Source: Macrostomum lignano (lineage: Eukaryota). From it: DNA of 64,000 nt. Shown here piece after piece: positions 51,146 to 63,773 of the stretch (position 1 is its first letter; every line of letters starts with the position of its first letter). The notes below the pieces were generated by a model. It searched no databases. It was not told the origin of the DNA and worked only from the letters and a program-made list of their open reading frames with translations. Location: assembly GCA_002269645.1 (NCBI GenBank), contig NIVC01002061.1, positions 77,838 to 141,837 of the forward strand. The letters run 5' to 3'. A program made the position numbers and the translations under genes.

Positions 51146-54100
51146 ACAAATATTCGTCAAAAGCAATGAACAACGTCATAAGGCAGAAGTTTTTGAAGAT
51201 AGCTCAGAAACCTGCATCCCTGACAGCGATCCGAAGCTTTCTGAGCAGTCCGTAGCTCTCAAGAAGCCTGGTTATCAGACAGGACACGTTCCTGCAGGCT
51301 TAGAATATTCAAGTAAGCAAGTGGCACCACTAGAAACGCCCTCTCAGTCGGACCAATTTCAACAGTATCAAGAACAGACGGCAAAATTTGCGACTGAATC
51401 GTCAAAAGGCAGTCTATACCCGCAAATTAATCCAGAAAGAACTGACGAAAGGGAGGTCACCAGTGCTGGGGAAGATCGTCAAGAAGAAGTATTCGATGAT
51501 AGTCAGCCGCAAAGTAATGAGGCAGTGTCAAAGCCAGAAAAGCCAAAGAAAACTAAATTTCCCCTGTTTAAACGATTTTCGAAGAAATCGAAAAAAGAAG
51601 AGGCAACAGATGAGCAAGGCACAGAACAGCAAGAAGCTGTCAGTAAATCTTGTACTGGTAATCAACTGGACGAAATGACTAGGTCTGGCCGTCGATCCTT
51701 AGTTGAAAGCGGCAGTCTGCCCACTGAAAAATCAAAGAACGAAAGAGGCTCGACAATAGAGAGGAATGGTCAAGCTCAATCCCGTCGAAGTCAAGTAAAA
51801 ACACACCAGAGAAACCTGGTTTCCGAGCTGTACTTGACTGAGTATTTCCCAGAGAAAATTCGTCTGTGCCAATTAGCCAAAATTGTCGATATAAAACCAA
51901 TGGACCAACCGGTTGAAGTAAAGAAACAACGGAGCATCTTCAAAAGCCTTCTACGAGCCTCTATTCGAGCAAAAAAGAAGAAAGGGGACAATGCGCTTGC
52001 ATGGAGCTTGCTAAGAGGACTGATGAGCTATGATGGGACAGTCAGAGACCTGGTCCCGAAAACTAATTCACCGAATAAGCCGTCCGCCAGCAGAATGCTG
52101 CTGGAAGAAGATGATGATGCTGATTTGGATGACGCCTTGAATCCAATAGATATTCTCATAACATGTTACCAGTGCTGTGATAAAGAGGTGCAACAGGTTC
52201 TGTGTAAAATTTTGTTTGCCTGCAAACTGGCATTTCCATTCATTTTTTACAATGGAAAATCGCTGACAATGAGCCACTGGAGCTTAAGAGACATTGTTGT
52301 GGAGTTTCGCGACCAAAACGACACTTACGTATCCACAAGTCTCATATCTGATCAAAAGTTTAAAGTCGTTTCCTTTGTTAGAATCGGAGAGCTGCCCGAG
52401 TCAAAATCTCGCCTGCTCAACTCTCTCCTGAACGGAAATGACCATGCAACATTTTTTCACAGGGACTGCACCGGTGGGCATAGTCGCAGAGTTTTAAGCA
52501 ACGGGCTTGTCGAAGCAACAGTCTTTCTGCCCGTTTCCAGCCGCAAGTCATTTGAAGCACCGTTTCTAGCGGCAAACTTGCGGGGCGACTTGCTTCAGTT
52601 TAGCCAACAAGCGGGGATCTTGAGTGAAATTTCACAAATAGTGGTTGTGTTTATCGATGCGCAGAGCTTTGTTAATCCTGAGTGCTTTACGCTGCTACAA
52701 AAACTCGAAACAAGACTTACGCTTCTCCTTGTCTTGTACAAGACAGAAGCAACCACAATTTCGAAGGCTGAGTTTCGCACCGAGCACGAAGCTTTTCTGC
52801 AGCGCAACGGTAGTGTTTTTGCGTTTAGAAAAAAGGGCAGGAAGAGTGAAAGAGAGGTGTGCTCAGAAATAGAACTCATTCTGAACGCCCAAATTTGCAA
52901 ATGCGAGGGTTTTCAGATGGAAAAACTCGAAATTCGGCGCGCAAACTTGGATGAGAGCGAAAAAGTATCGCAAACAAAGCGTTTGTCTCTGGAAATAATG
53001 AAATATTTTGTCTCTGAGAAATCAGCTCAATTTAAACAGAAGCATCTGCCATTGCAAACCTTATGGCTGGAGGTCAGCAAGCTCTACAAGGTGGAGAACG
53101 CTGCAAAAACAGCTCAAACAGATCAACTGATTAGCCAAAAAATGAGAATGGAAAAGAGAAGTGCACAGCTTAGGATTTGTGAAAGACTGAGCGAGTTCAT
53201 CATCGTTTTTGTGAAATCCTTGTTAAATTTAATAAAAAGCGAAGATGCTGAACTCGCAGTAAAACTTCTGCTGCAATGGATGAAACTAACGTTCGACAAT
53301 AAGTCAAGGAAACTATTGCCTCAGCTGCAGAAGAAATGCAACGAGCTTCGGGATCATACGCAAAATAGACGAAAGCTGGATTCTGATCCTATAGTCACAT
53401 TAGCCTCTGTACAGAAAATTACACTAGATGCTTCAGTCGGACTCGAAAATGTGTTTCGAGAAGTTGGCCAAATTTTTGAAGCCTCTAGTGGAAATCCAAA
53501 CCGTGTTCCTCGAAGTCTCCTAAATTTTGTACAGCCGCTACCGAAATTGTTTGCTCAGTTGCTTCTTTGGGGAGTCCCCTTGGAGTTTTTGGATGGCGAC
53601 GCTGGAAACATCCCGTCTGCCTGGATCTCTGCTATCCTCAAGAGCTGCCAGGAGCTGGTCGGTGACAAGAAGATCTACGTGATCTCCGTGCTCGGTCTGC
53701 AGAGCTCAGGCAAGTCCACTCTGCTCAACACCATGTTCGGACTGAAGTTCGCAGTGAGCGCAGGTCGCTGCACTCGAGGCGCATTTCTGCAGCTGGTTCC
53801 GGTGGAGTCGGGAATGCCGTTCGACTATGTCGCTGTGCTCGACACCGAGGGTCTGAGAGCTCCGGAGCTGGGTCTGGACAAGCATCACCATGACAACGAG
53901 CTGGCTACACTGGTCATCGGACTGGGCGACGTAACAATAATTAACATCAAGGGCGAAAACTCAGCCGAGATGAAGGATATCCTACAGATCGCGATTCACG
54001 CCTTTATCAGAATGAAGATGGCTAACAGGATGAGGATTTGCACAGGCACTGCATCTTCATCCACCAAAATGTTCCTGCAGTTGGAGCTAAAGAGCTGATG

Positions 54101-56685
54101 CAGGAGGCAGCATTCAAAATGCAGCAGACACTGGACACTATCACGAAAGAGGCAGCTGAGGGAGAAGGTTTGCGTGGTGTCTGCGGCTTCACTGACATTA
54201 TTTCATTTGAAAAAGAGTCCGACATTTTTTACATGTCAGACCTTTGGCAGGGCGACCCTCCGATGGCTCCAGTGAACCCTGGATACGCACAGAAGGTGTC
54301 GGCTATCAAAGACTATTTGCTACATCTTCTTGAAGGGGAAAGAAAGCACTTTCTCAGCTTTCCCGAATTCTCCTGCCGTCTCGCCGATCTTTGGAAAGCA
54401 ATCCTATCTGAGGATTTCGTCTTCAGTTTCAAGAACACCATACAGCTAAAGCCTACAGCCAAATGGAAGCAGAGTTTTTCGAGGCAAAAAATCTCATGGA
54501 ACAAGCTGCAGAAGAATGGCTTAACAGGGAGGCGTCAATTCAGATAAAAAAGTGCCGTGATGTTACCGAGCTTTGCAAAGTTCGGGAGCAAAATTTGAGT
54601 GAACTTCAAGGCCTCGTCAGTAAACACCTGGAAAGTAGCCGAAGCCGACTTGAGAAGTTTTTCGAGGAGGGCCAATACAGCGAGTATGCAATTGAGTGGA
54701 AGGAACGAAAAATTATTGCTTTGCAAAACTTCTCCAAGGATCTGCAACAAGAAATGAAGAAAAAGCTTTTCATCATGACGGAGCGCCACAAAGCTGACAC
54801 CGAAAGGGAGCGGAAAAATGCAGAGATGGAGCGTCGGATCCTCGCAAAAGCAAAAAATCTAGCAAAGCAGTTTCGAGGTCAAAACTTGGATGTGCAGTTT
54901 TTGAAACGAGGGTTTGAAAGGGAATGGCAAATGTTCATGGATGACCTGCCTGTTGAGTCAACCGACGAGACACAGCGTATCGAAACGCAAATTGTTTTAT
55001 GTCTGGAGGAACTTTATGAAACCAACATTAAGATGTTGCGCTATTATCTTGAAAAAAAACCAATAAATTCTGGTGAAGATAGACTTGCTGTTTTGACGGA
55101 GTTTTTAAATGAAGAAGAGAATTCTTTTCAGTTGATTCAGGTCCAACCTTCAAGTGTTCAACGTTTCACTCAAGGAGTTAAAAATTTGTTATCTGGAGCT
55201 GAAAATCGTTTGGATGAAGCAGATGAAGCTACAAAACAGGAAGTTCAAAAGTCCTGCAACAATATTTTGACATCAATCGCTCCAATTATAGATGATATGA
55301 AGAAACAGACCACAGGGTTTCAGAGACAGTTCGTTGTAGCGATTCAGAAAGCCATTCGGCTAGGAGTCGAGGAGCAAGTAAATGGAAAACTAGACAAGCG
55401 CGGCATTAGCTCAACACCAGCCCTTGAAATCAAACTTGTGACTCACGCACTGAGATTCACTTATCCAATTTTCATCGAAATGGATGAAAAATTTCACGAG
55501 GGGCAAAGTCTCAAAGCCAAATTGGCGCTGTCAAAAGATCAGATGTGGAACTTGTTTCAAAACATTGTTCAGCAGCACAACCATTCTAAAATTTCAGCAG
55601 ACTTTTGCCGAGATCATCTGGCCGTCGTTATCAAAGATGCTGTCAAAGCGCGAATGGAGAGAATCCTAAAAAGGCAAATAATTACCAATATCGGCACAAC
55701 AAAATACCAATTAATCGTCACGGTGCTCACTGACAAGGCTCGGAATGATGATTTCGATTCTATTATTCAGTACAGTCAGAATCCACACTCGTCAGCTCTT
55801 AAATGGGTAACGGATTTCGCAGAAAAGAGGCTATTTCACAAGAAGCGAACAGACAAAGATTCATTATTCTGTCATCTTATTCTATCCGAACTGGTGGATC
55901 CAATCTTAGAATCAATTAAAACTGCCGCAGAACTTTCAGCCAGCAGTTCAAAGAATCTTTCATCGTGGATCGATGGATTTTGCAAGGCCGCAGGAAATGA
56001 GCTTGCAGTTCTGCCTCGAAACCTGCAAAACATGTTGCAGTTCAAATCGGCCACCACTGGCGATATGAAAAGTTATTTGCTTGACGGTTTATTTAAGCTG
56101 AGATCGGATCTGCATTCCCACTACAATGCTGTCACTGAGAATTCTGTAGAGTGGCATGGAGAGAAAACTCTCTATGCAGACGTGATTCAGACTCTGTGGG
56201 GCTGCAAAGAGCAGTGCCCCTTCTGTAGAGAGCCGTGTCAGAAAGCTGACCCGAATCACTGCGAAACCGATGGAAGCCCTCATTGCTGCATTCAGCATCG
56301 ACCTAAGGCTGTTTGTGGGACGTATAAAATCAGTAACGATGAATTAAGCTTTAAAACATGTGAAAATTCTGTTAAAGGTGAATCTAAATTCACTTGTAAT
56401 GTGTGCAAACGAGAAGGGAAGACATCTGAATCATGTTCTTCCGACACAAGTCGCGCCGCACGTCGAGAAGTTCGGCATCCGTACAAGGAATACAAGAAGC
56501 AATTTCCAGATTGGGAGATCGTACCGGACGCAGCCAATGACTCGGCAAAATTCTGGATGTGGTTCTGCTGGACATATCAGCGGCAGCTACAGGAGAAGTG
56601 GCAGAAAGGACTCGGCCAGATCCCGCCCGCTTGGCAGGACGTCTCAAAGGAAGACGCCATCAACAGTCTTCGAGGTCTTCTGTAA
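50286..56685 (+). CDS. GVIN1-like: Very large inducible GTPase GVIN-C (2133 aa if two 1-bp deletions at about 54027 and 54450 are corrected)
   Basis: Three overlapping ORFs join into one VLIG: Q/P-rich N-terminus, FFHRDC...NGLVE, G1 GLQSSGKS, DTEG, then ANxDEDLHRHCIFIHQNV and LKAYSQMEAEF after adding one base each; C-terminal CPFCREPC. Acceptor CCATTTCAG| 9 nt before ATG. Confidence 0.88.
50782..50960 (+). repeat. In-frame 78-bp (26-aa) tandem repeat, about 2.3 copies
   Basis: CAACTGGAC starts at 50782, 50860, 50938; encodes TGQQVPVGQQFYH(L/Q)G(H/Q)LGTMRQHGQP; a (CAG)n poly-Q run follows at about 51113-51142. Confidence 0.93.
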
Positions 56686-58854
56686 GGTTATCGCAGTTTT
56701 TAAAACTACTGTAAAGTGTTAGCTACGAGTACAATGTTCTTTATGAAGGGATACGAGCTATGATTTTCACTTAGTTTTATTCAATGGAATCAGAATGCCT
56801 TCACATCAACATGACTTTTTGACAGATTATCCAGGTTTTGAACTGCTTAGCTGCCAGAAAAGATCTAAAATTTAGTTTAAGTATGAAATTTTAATTTTAA
56901 TACTAATAATTGAATCTACCAGCTAGAAGACGTTTTCTTCAAATTGAATGTGTCTAAAAATTAATGGACGTGGAATTCTTACAGACTATCGGTCTGATCT
57001 TTGTTTCAAAGACTGTTGATAATTTGTGTTTGAGCTGGGCTCGGTGGTGTTCAGGTCTCTAAAACAGTTTTAAATAGCTACTAAAACCTAAAACGAAATA
57101 AAAAATTGTCGCTTTTTGTCTTACATGTACATCCGGTCGAACTATATTTTTATTAGCTATCTTGTTACGAGCTATTTTTCACTCTTAGTTAAAAAATCGG
57201 ACTTTAAATTACGAGTAACAATACCCAAAGTATAGCTAGCTACTATTGGTTTAATGAAGTAAATGTACGACAAACATTTAAAATAGAGAAAAATTTGGCC
57301 TTCAAATAAAATTATTTGGCATTTTCAACTCGTAGTTTTTAGCTTTTACAACTTCATCCATGCAACCCCTTATAATGTACGATGTCCAATCGATACTTAC
57401 GAATGAACTACGTAGTTTATGTTGTAGCTAATTTTTGTCTTGCCGTGATTTATGTGTTCATTAAAAATTTTAATTGAGAATATTTTAATTATTGTAGTAG
57501 TCTTCAAGTCTGTCAGTATAGCACTACAGTAGATTTTATTTTTTAATTAGAATAGCTACATGTAAATCGCTCTATTCATCCACCAGCTTCCGCAAGTTAC
57601 TTAAAAATATTTTCGCTACAGAAATCTTACATGCAATTAAAAGGGACGTGGTGGCATACCTAATTTGGAGACACGGGAAAAGTTGGAGACACGGAAAAAA
57701 TCGTCTTAAAACCGGGAAATTCAGACTTAATGATTTCGAAATTCATTTCTTAAGTTTTAAAAGTATTTGAAAACGATCGAAGGAAGTTCGGGCTTTTTAG
57801 CACCAACCTATAGACAAAAGACTTCAAGGATTTAGGCAAACTCTTACTAAAGAAATAAAGAAACTACAGTGCAAATAGCCCACTCTGACTTTTATTTAAA
57901 AAATCTATGGAAACCAGCGATGTAGCAAATAATACCCGAGCACGAAAGATAAAAACAAACCCAAATTTAATTTTTTTTAGTTAAACTTGTTAATTTTTTC
58001 TTCTTTACATTCCTTTTTGGTGGAGAAGAGCGAGCTTTACATGTATTTTTTGGACTAGCTACCACAGATACATGATCTCTCGAAAATTTTCCTGGAAATA
58101 AAGTGTGTTTAAATTGAGCCTCATTTTTAGCTTGTAAGCTATTTTGTTTGTTTTTGCTTATTCCAGATTCCACTCCTTAACCAATTAAATATAGCTACTT
58201 TGTAACAATAGCTAACGGCGCCCAACCTATATATCTTACCTTGAGTCTAGTTATAATTTGTTATAAATAGCTAGCTACCTGTTTTTTTACATATTTACGC
58301 AAGGCTTTTTTATAAAAGCTGCTTTGTTCTGCTTTTAATCCTTTTAAAACGTTTTTTATCTAAATTAAAATCTTCAAACGAGCCATGTCTACCTATCGTC
58401 GGTAGCTAATAAAAATTTACGATATACCAATTCATGTTGAAGTTTTAAATACATACATGTACTTCGAAGTACTTTATTTAATCATTTCAATTATTTATCT
58501 ATAGTAATAAGTGCCTACTGAATAGAAACCAAGAAAAGTGGTTTGAATGTTCGTTTTTTCTAAAAATCAGAGGGTTCAGAATCAGAATCAAAATCAGAAT
58601 CAATCAAAATCAGAGGGTTTGGAGTAGAGACGCAAATTAAAGTGCTCCAATAAGCAGGACGCGGTCCTAACTTGCGAAGCTGCTTAAAAAGTGAATCATA
58701 TATTCTAATTATTGCGCAAATATTGTCACCAATTAGCATTTGATTCACTGGTAGCATTTTGTCTTTTAATTTTGCTCCTATTTTGCGGTATCAATAAAGT
58801 TTAATTTCTTATACATTTTTTAAGTTTACCGATCAACAGATGCGTCATTTTAGT

Positions 58855-59319
58855 TAGAGGCTGGGGGCTGTGTACATCCTGTTGCACTTTAAGCGACATT
58901 GTCACACAACCTGCGAGAGGCATTAGCTAGCTACTACCCATTCCGCCAACTATGGCCTGAGCAGGCACACAAGCCGGCCGCGGATACATACGCAGTCTCC
59001 TTACCACGGACCACTAGAATTCTAGTGGTCCTTGCTACTTACAGGCCCACACTCACACAGGTGTACGAGCCCTTACCATTGATTAAATTCACGTCTCTTT
59101 TAAAGCCATGTTGCACCTGCGAAGGGGCTGTAGCCCAGTGGTCCAGCCCGGCTCTCTTATGGGCCAGCGAACCAGGCTCGATTCCAAGTGCAGACTTAGT
59201 CACTTCAAGTCACAGTAATTTGGGGCTCTACAAGTTATTTGGAATCTCGGCTCGGGTCCGCTCGTGCGATTAACGCCCTTGAGGGCCAACCTCCAAGCTA
59301 CAGTGAAGTGTAAATGCCT
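58855..59319. mobile_element. SINE family 1 copy with its 5' half inverted
   Basis: 3' half on the minus strand (58855-59075) and 5' half with A/B boxes on the plus strand (59124-59319); breakpoints are adjacent in the intact 17.3-17.6 kb copy. Confidence 0.8.
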
Positions 59320-59958
59320 AAAATCTGGAATATCCGTTGGTCTAGTTCTGTGATAAAAGCATTGAAAATTAAAATATCCTTTGGCTGGGGTCACAGGTGC
59401 GTCGATAAAGATGGAAGGAGATGCCCTCCCACGTTAAAGTTATCCGGGCATGCTCGTATATCAGCTATATTTGCTTGTGCCACTTGTAAAAACTTCCAAA
59501 AAGCATAATCGACGTCTAAAGAAACAAAATTCTACATACAAATATTGAACCAAGAATTCCTTACGGTAAATTAAACTTAGGCAAGCTGCATTAGAAATTT
59601 TAATTACTCTATGAAACATTGTAACAATTACAATTAGGTTCAGATTTTGTCAGTGATCAGATTCACAGACAACTGAACTACATGTAAAAGAACGCTGCAC
59701 TTCACTTTCTTAGAAATGATCTGGAGGCCGGTAAGGAACTCATGCTCATAACCGTAGAATTGCTACTGCCTTTAGTGTGATATAGAGAAATCGATATTTC
59801 GCAACCGAATTTGCTATGGCGTGACCTCATTGCGTTCTTAAGAGCATACTACAAATGAACTAGCGATACAAAAAAATACACGTTCCGTATCGGCTTCATT
59901 TCTAAGAAAGTCGACTGTAGCGTCCTACTGCTTCAGTTGTCCATGATCGGATTATGCA

Positions 59959-60504
59959 TCACTTCTTGCCACCGCGCCACCGCCTGCCAGTTCCCGGCGG
60001 CCAGTTCATGGTCTGCCCGGCAAACACGTGCATGTGCAAATGTGGCACAGCCTGGAGTGCATCATCTCCATTATTCAGCACCATCCGGTATCCGTGCTCA
60101 ACACCTCTCTGCTTAGCAACTCGCCTAGCAACCATGAACAGGTGGCCCAACAATTGTTCGTCGCAATCCTGAGCCTCTTCAAGCGTGGCGAGCTGCTTCT
60201 TCGGCACCACCAGAAACTGGATCGGCACCACCTGGTTGAGTCCCAGGAAAGCGATGGCCTGCTCGTCCTCGTACAGGATGGTGGCCGGCGCCTTGCGCTG
60301 GATGATTCGCGTAAAAATCGACGGTCGCCTGCTCGCCAGCTCGTTTGATAAGGCGCAACGATCGCCGCGTCGGTCGGTGTAGCGAGATGACGAGGCGCTG
60401 ATGAAGGAGGCTGCAAGGCCGAGTAGAAGCAGCAGGCAGAGTCCCGCAGACAAACAGACGCTGTGCCGGTGTAGCACTCGGTAGTATATGTACGAGAACT
60501 GCAT
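59959..60504 (-). CDS. HINT: Histidine triad nucleotide-binding protein (HINT family), intronless, with hydrophobic N-terminal leader
   Basis: SIFTRIIQRKAPATILYEDEQAIAF...FLVVPKK...LLGHL...GYRMVLNNG...VPHLHMHVFAG...WPPG; HIT motif HxHxHxx intact. Confidence 0.93.
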   Translation of the reverse strand: MQFSYIYYRVLHRHSVCLSAGLCLLLLLGLAASFISASSSRYTDRRGDRCALSNELASRRPSIFTRIIQRKAPATILYEDEQAIAFLGLNQVVPIQFLVVPKKQLATLEEAQDCDEQLLGHLFMVARRVAKQRGVEHGYRMVLNNGDDALQAVPHLHMHVFAGQTMNWPPGTGRRWRGGKK

Positions 60505-61014
60505 TCTGTTTATTCTTAAACTCTCCGGCTGAGGCAGCTTTGACTTGAGCTCGGTAGCAATTCTTACCGAATAAAGGCGTAGATATATTAAGCTATGGAG
60601 ACATTATGAAGCACAGTGAGCAATCGATTTTGTTTGAGCTTGCCTGCACCAACTCTGCAGAGCTCAGTTGCACCGCTGTATAAGCAGCTGTTTGCCGTGT
60701 GCCCAGCGTGAGCACTTTGTGAGCCACGTCAAGTCTAGCTGCTGCCTATATGCTCGTATTGAGTTGCAATGCTCTGTGCATTTGCCAACAGTACGCTTGG
60801 CTTTCTATTTTTAGTTTTCAGTCTCGTAATTCATTCTGAGTAGTTGCTAATACTCTAGGGTCTATGGAGCATATACAATACGAGTAATATACTCGGTCAG
60901 TTTATACTCAGCAACAGTAAAACGTTCCACCTTCCAAGCGAGATGAATTTTTCTCTCTTTTTTTCTCTTGCAAGTGACGCAGCTTACGACACGCGCGAAG
61001 CTTATTGCCACTTG

Positions 61015-61328
61015 GGGGTTGTCCAGGAAGACAGCGCGCCGCCACACCAAGCCGATGCTGTTAGTCAACTGAAAGAACAGCTACAGCTGCGCACTCTGGG
61101 CTGGCCTTCTCGGTCCCCAGACATGAATCCCATCTAGCATGTCTGGGACTTCCTAAAACGCAGTATTCATTCGAAAAGAGAATCCACCACAGATTGTTGC
61201 GAAGCTGCGTCATGCCATTGAAAACGCTTGGCAGCAGCTTCCCCTGGATTTGTTGCGCCGCGTCATCCAGGATGCCACGCAGAGTCTCCACACTTCCGCG
61301 TGCGAGGGGTTCCTACATGTTTATTAGG
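61015..61328 (+). mobile_element. Tc1/mariner transposase C-terminal remnant
   Basis: QEDSAPPH...WPSRSPDMNPI*HVWDFLKR...AW..LP...MPRRV..RARGSY, the classic QDNAPxH / WPxxSPDLNPIE signature; catalytic E mutated to TAG at 61135-61137. Confidence 0.92.
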
Positions 61329-61699
61329 CATCGCGATTCTAACGGCATATTGCATAAAAATAAATGTCATGATTTTGTGCGACTGGCGTTTATTATTGAT
61401 TCAATCAACTTTCCTTTCCTCGCGGCGGCCTAGTTGCGTAACTTGAGGGTGGAATTGTTAGTGAGAAGTTGTCGCAATAATGCATCGGTTTGCGCGAGCC
61501 CGCGAGGACTAACCGCCTTTAGTGCAAGGGGGCTGTTTGGGTGTTGGCTGTCTGGTGGGGTGGTGGGTGCGTTGTACACGCCGTGTGCCTATTTGGGCCG
61601 CCACCTTTGTGGCTACTGGGGTTTGCTCGCGTTAGGAATTTTTTTCTCGCTAATCTATATATTTTTAAATCCTGTCTAATCAATTTGTTTCGACAATAC

Positions 61700-62760
61700 A
61701 CGAAAGAAATACTATCGACTGAATTGGGGTGCATCCCTAGCTTTTTGTTGCCTCGCCGTCGCCACACTCGGTTTGTCTTTGCCTCGCCTTCACTAAGTGA
61801 GAAAATTTTCATCTCGATGGCACTAAGAATGAAGCTGCTTTTATCCAGCCACCGCTACCAAGACGAAAAGCAGGAGCTGGCCAGGATCTACGGAGAAAAG
61901 GAAAACACTTTTTGCCCCATGTCCACGTTCGAGAGCCGGAAGTGGCGCCAAGGAGAGGCGCTGAGGGAACTGTGTTAAGCGCTTATGCTTCTCTATAGAA
62001 AGGCACGCTCTGAGCACGACGAGACACTGAAAGGTGACTGTCGTGCTATCTGTGTGCAGCCGCTGTTCAGGCAAAGGACACCCCAGCTGAGCTTTGACCG
62101 ACACCGGCTTCGGAAAACTTCTGAGGACTGGTGAGTGCGGGCCATCACCAGCCCTGTCTAGCAAGACCCAAACTGTCTCGATCTATCTGCCATCTTTCTG
62201 CCAGCATCGCTGACCGGTTCTGATGGTGGCTGTTCGACACGGCTTACAGGTAACGCTGGTATCAGGTGCACTGCTATGACTTCTGGGAGTCGCCAATCAG
62301 CTTCATCCACCGCTCAGCACACCAGTCGAAATCTATGATCGACGTTTGGAGTCTCCAGCGAGCGCAACGCTGCCGCCCATGGAGCACCAGGTGACGCTGG
62401 TTTCTGGCATTCAGCCAGAATGCATGCTCAGCATGGATACTATCGGAAAAGTGTGGTCAACTTTTTTAGTGTCAATTTCTAGCCGTCTTCTAGTCTTTTA
62501 TTCAACTAGGGTCAACCAGGGTTGCAATCCTGCGGGATAGGAGCTCCACGTAGGTCTGCAGAGTAGTGCCCACCGTTGTGATCGCCCGAGTTGCCAGCAC
62601 AGTGTCCATCCCAGCCCGCAGCCGCGTCATCATCCCAGTCAAGGGGCCATCGTATGTCGAGCAGAGTCTGTTCGAGCCCAACTCAGATTTCATCGACAAC
62701 ACTGGTCTGCTGCCACAACAGGGCTCTGGTGGACTCCAGCGCGGACGAAAACCTCTCAGT
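61700..62760 (+). mobile_element. Degenerate Gypsy gag/protease remnant
   Basis: FESRKWRQGEALREL..L..LYRKARS (gag capsid-like), eroded knuckle, and CMLSMDTI ... VSIPARSRVIIPV (protease tail-like); several stops. Confidence 0.5.
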
Positions 62761-62954
62761 GGCAGTCTGCACCAAGGATCACTAGAAGTTACCTCTTCTT
62801 CTAGACTTCCAGTCTAGTGATCCTTGCGTCTAAAACCTGAGTACAGATCAAGTTTTGTTCTACCAGAACCAGGCGATCCGCAACTTTGACGTTGCCATAA
62901 TAAATGAACCGAGCGGTGAATCTGCCGACGACGAGGCTAAGCCTCAACATGAAC

Positions 62955-63170
62955 CCAGAGCTGAGCAAATAGCCACCCGAGCGCTAGGGTGTACAGCGGC
63001 CCTGACTTTCGAATCATGACATGTACACTCTCTGTACTTTGGGGGCTGACCCTTATGAATTCGAATCGGACGACAAGCCACGGCCATTTTCGTGCTCACA
63101 AGCCCCAAATTAATGCGGCCACGCACGGGATCCAACCGGAGGTCGTGACGCGAGAGTCAGACGCGCCCCT
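62955..63170 (-). mobile_element. SINE family 1 copy (head like the 38.4-kb variant)
   Basis: Minus strand GGGGCGCGTCTGACTC...GGTTGGATCCCGTGCG...TTTGGGGCTTGTG...AGGGCCGCTGTACACCC. Confidence 0.7.
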
Positions 63171-63773
63171 TTACTACATATGAAAAAGATAGAAATAATA
63201 TTGTACTGGCTCTATATTCTTGTAGATCGAGCAATACTGCCAATCAATTCGTCGATACATAATTCCGGCATAACTTCAGCATAATTTGTACCGAAAACAA
63301 GGATGCTATAAATTTACAGATCAAGGACATACATGTATTATCACAATAGCCGCTTGGACATTATATGCTAATGAAATTTCTACGTGTGTAAATTAATTTA
63401 CAAGAAAAAATGTGTGCTCTAACATCCAGTGGCTGGACTTCAAAGGGGTTCGTACGCTTGAGTCAACCTATTAGCTACCATAGACTTGCGGCAAAAGTTA
63501 AAGACAGCCAACCTGCTTGCATAACCTCCTACAGCGCTCTTGGCCACAGACAGAAGGCCTGCAAGTTTAAGTGCATCAATTTGTCCTAATACTGGTAGAA
63601 TTAACATAGGAATTCTCAAGGTACAGTCAGTAAAAATAATAAAGAGCTGCTAATTCTGCTGACAACTTTCGCACTTGGCTCAGTGAACCCAGAGGATTTC
63701 GCATCGGTCTAAATAATTCAACAAGAGCGCCCCAGATTGCTGCACGGTATAAAATTCAAATTTACCGAATAAA

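Noticed and set aside
63420-63760. LINE endonuclease-like reading and a TATA box upstream of beta-tubulin
   Set aside because: Motif similarity is too weak, and TATAAAA is only about 20 nt before the ATG, too close to leave room for a 5'UTR.
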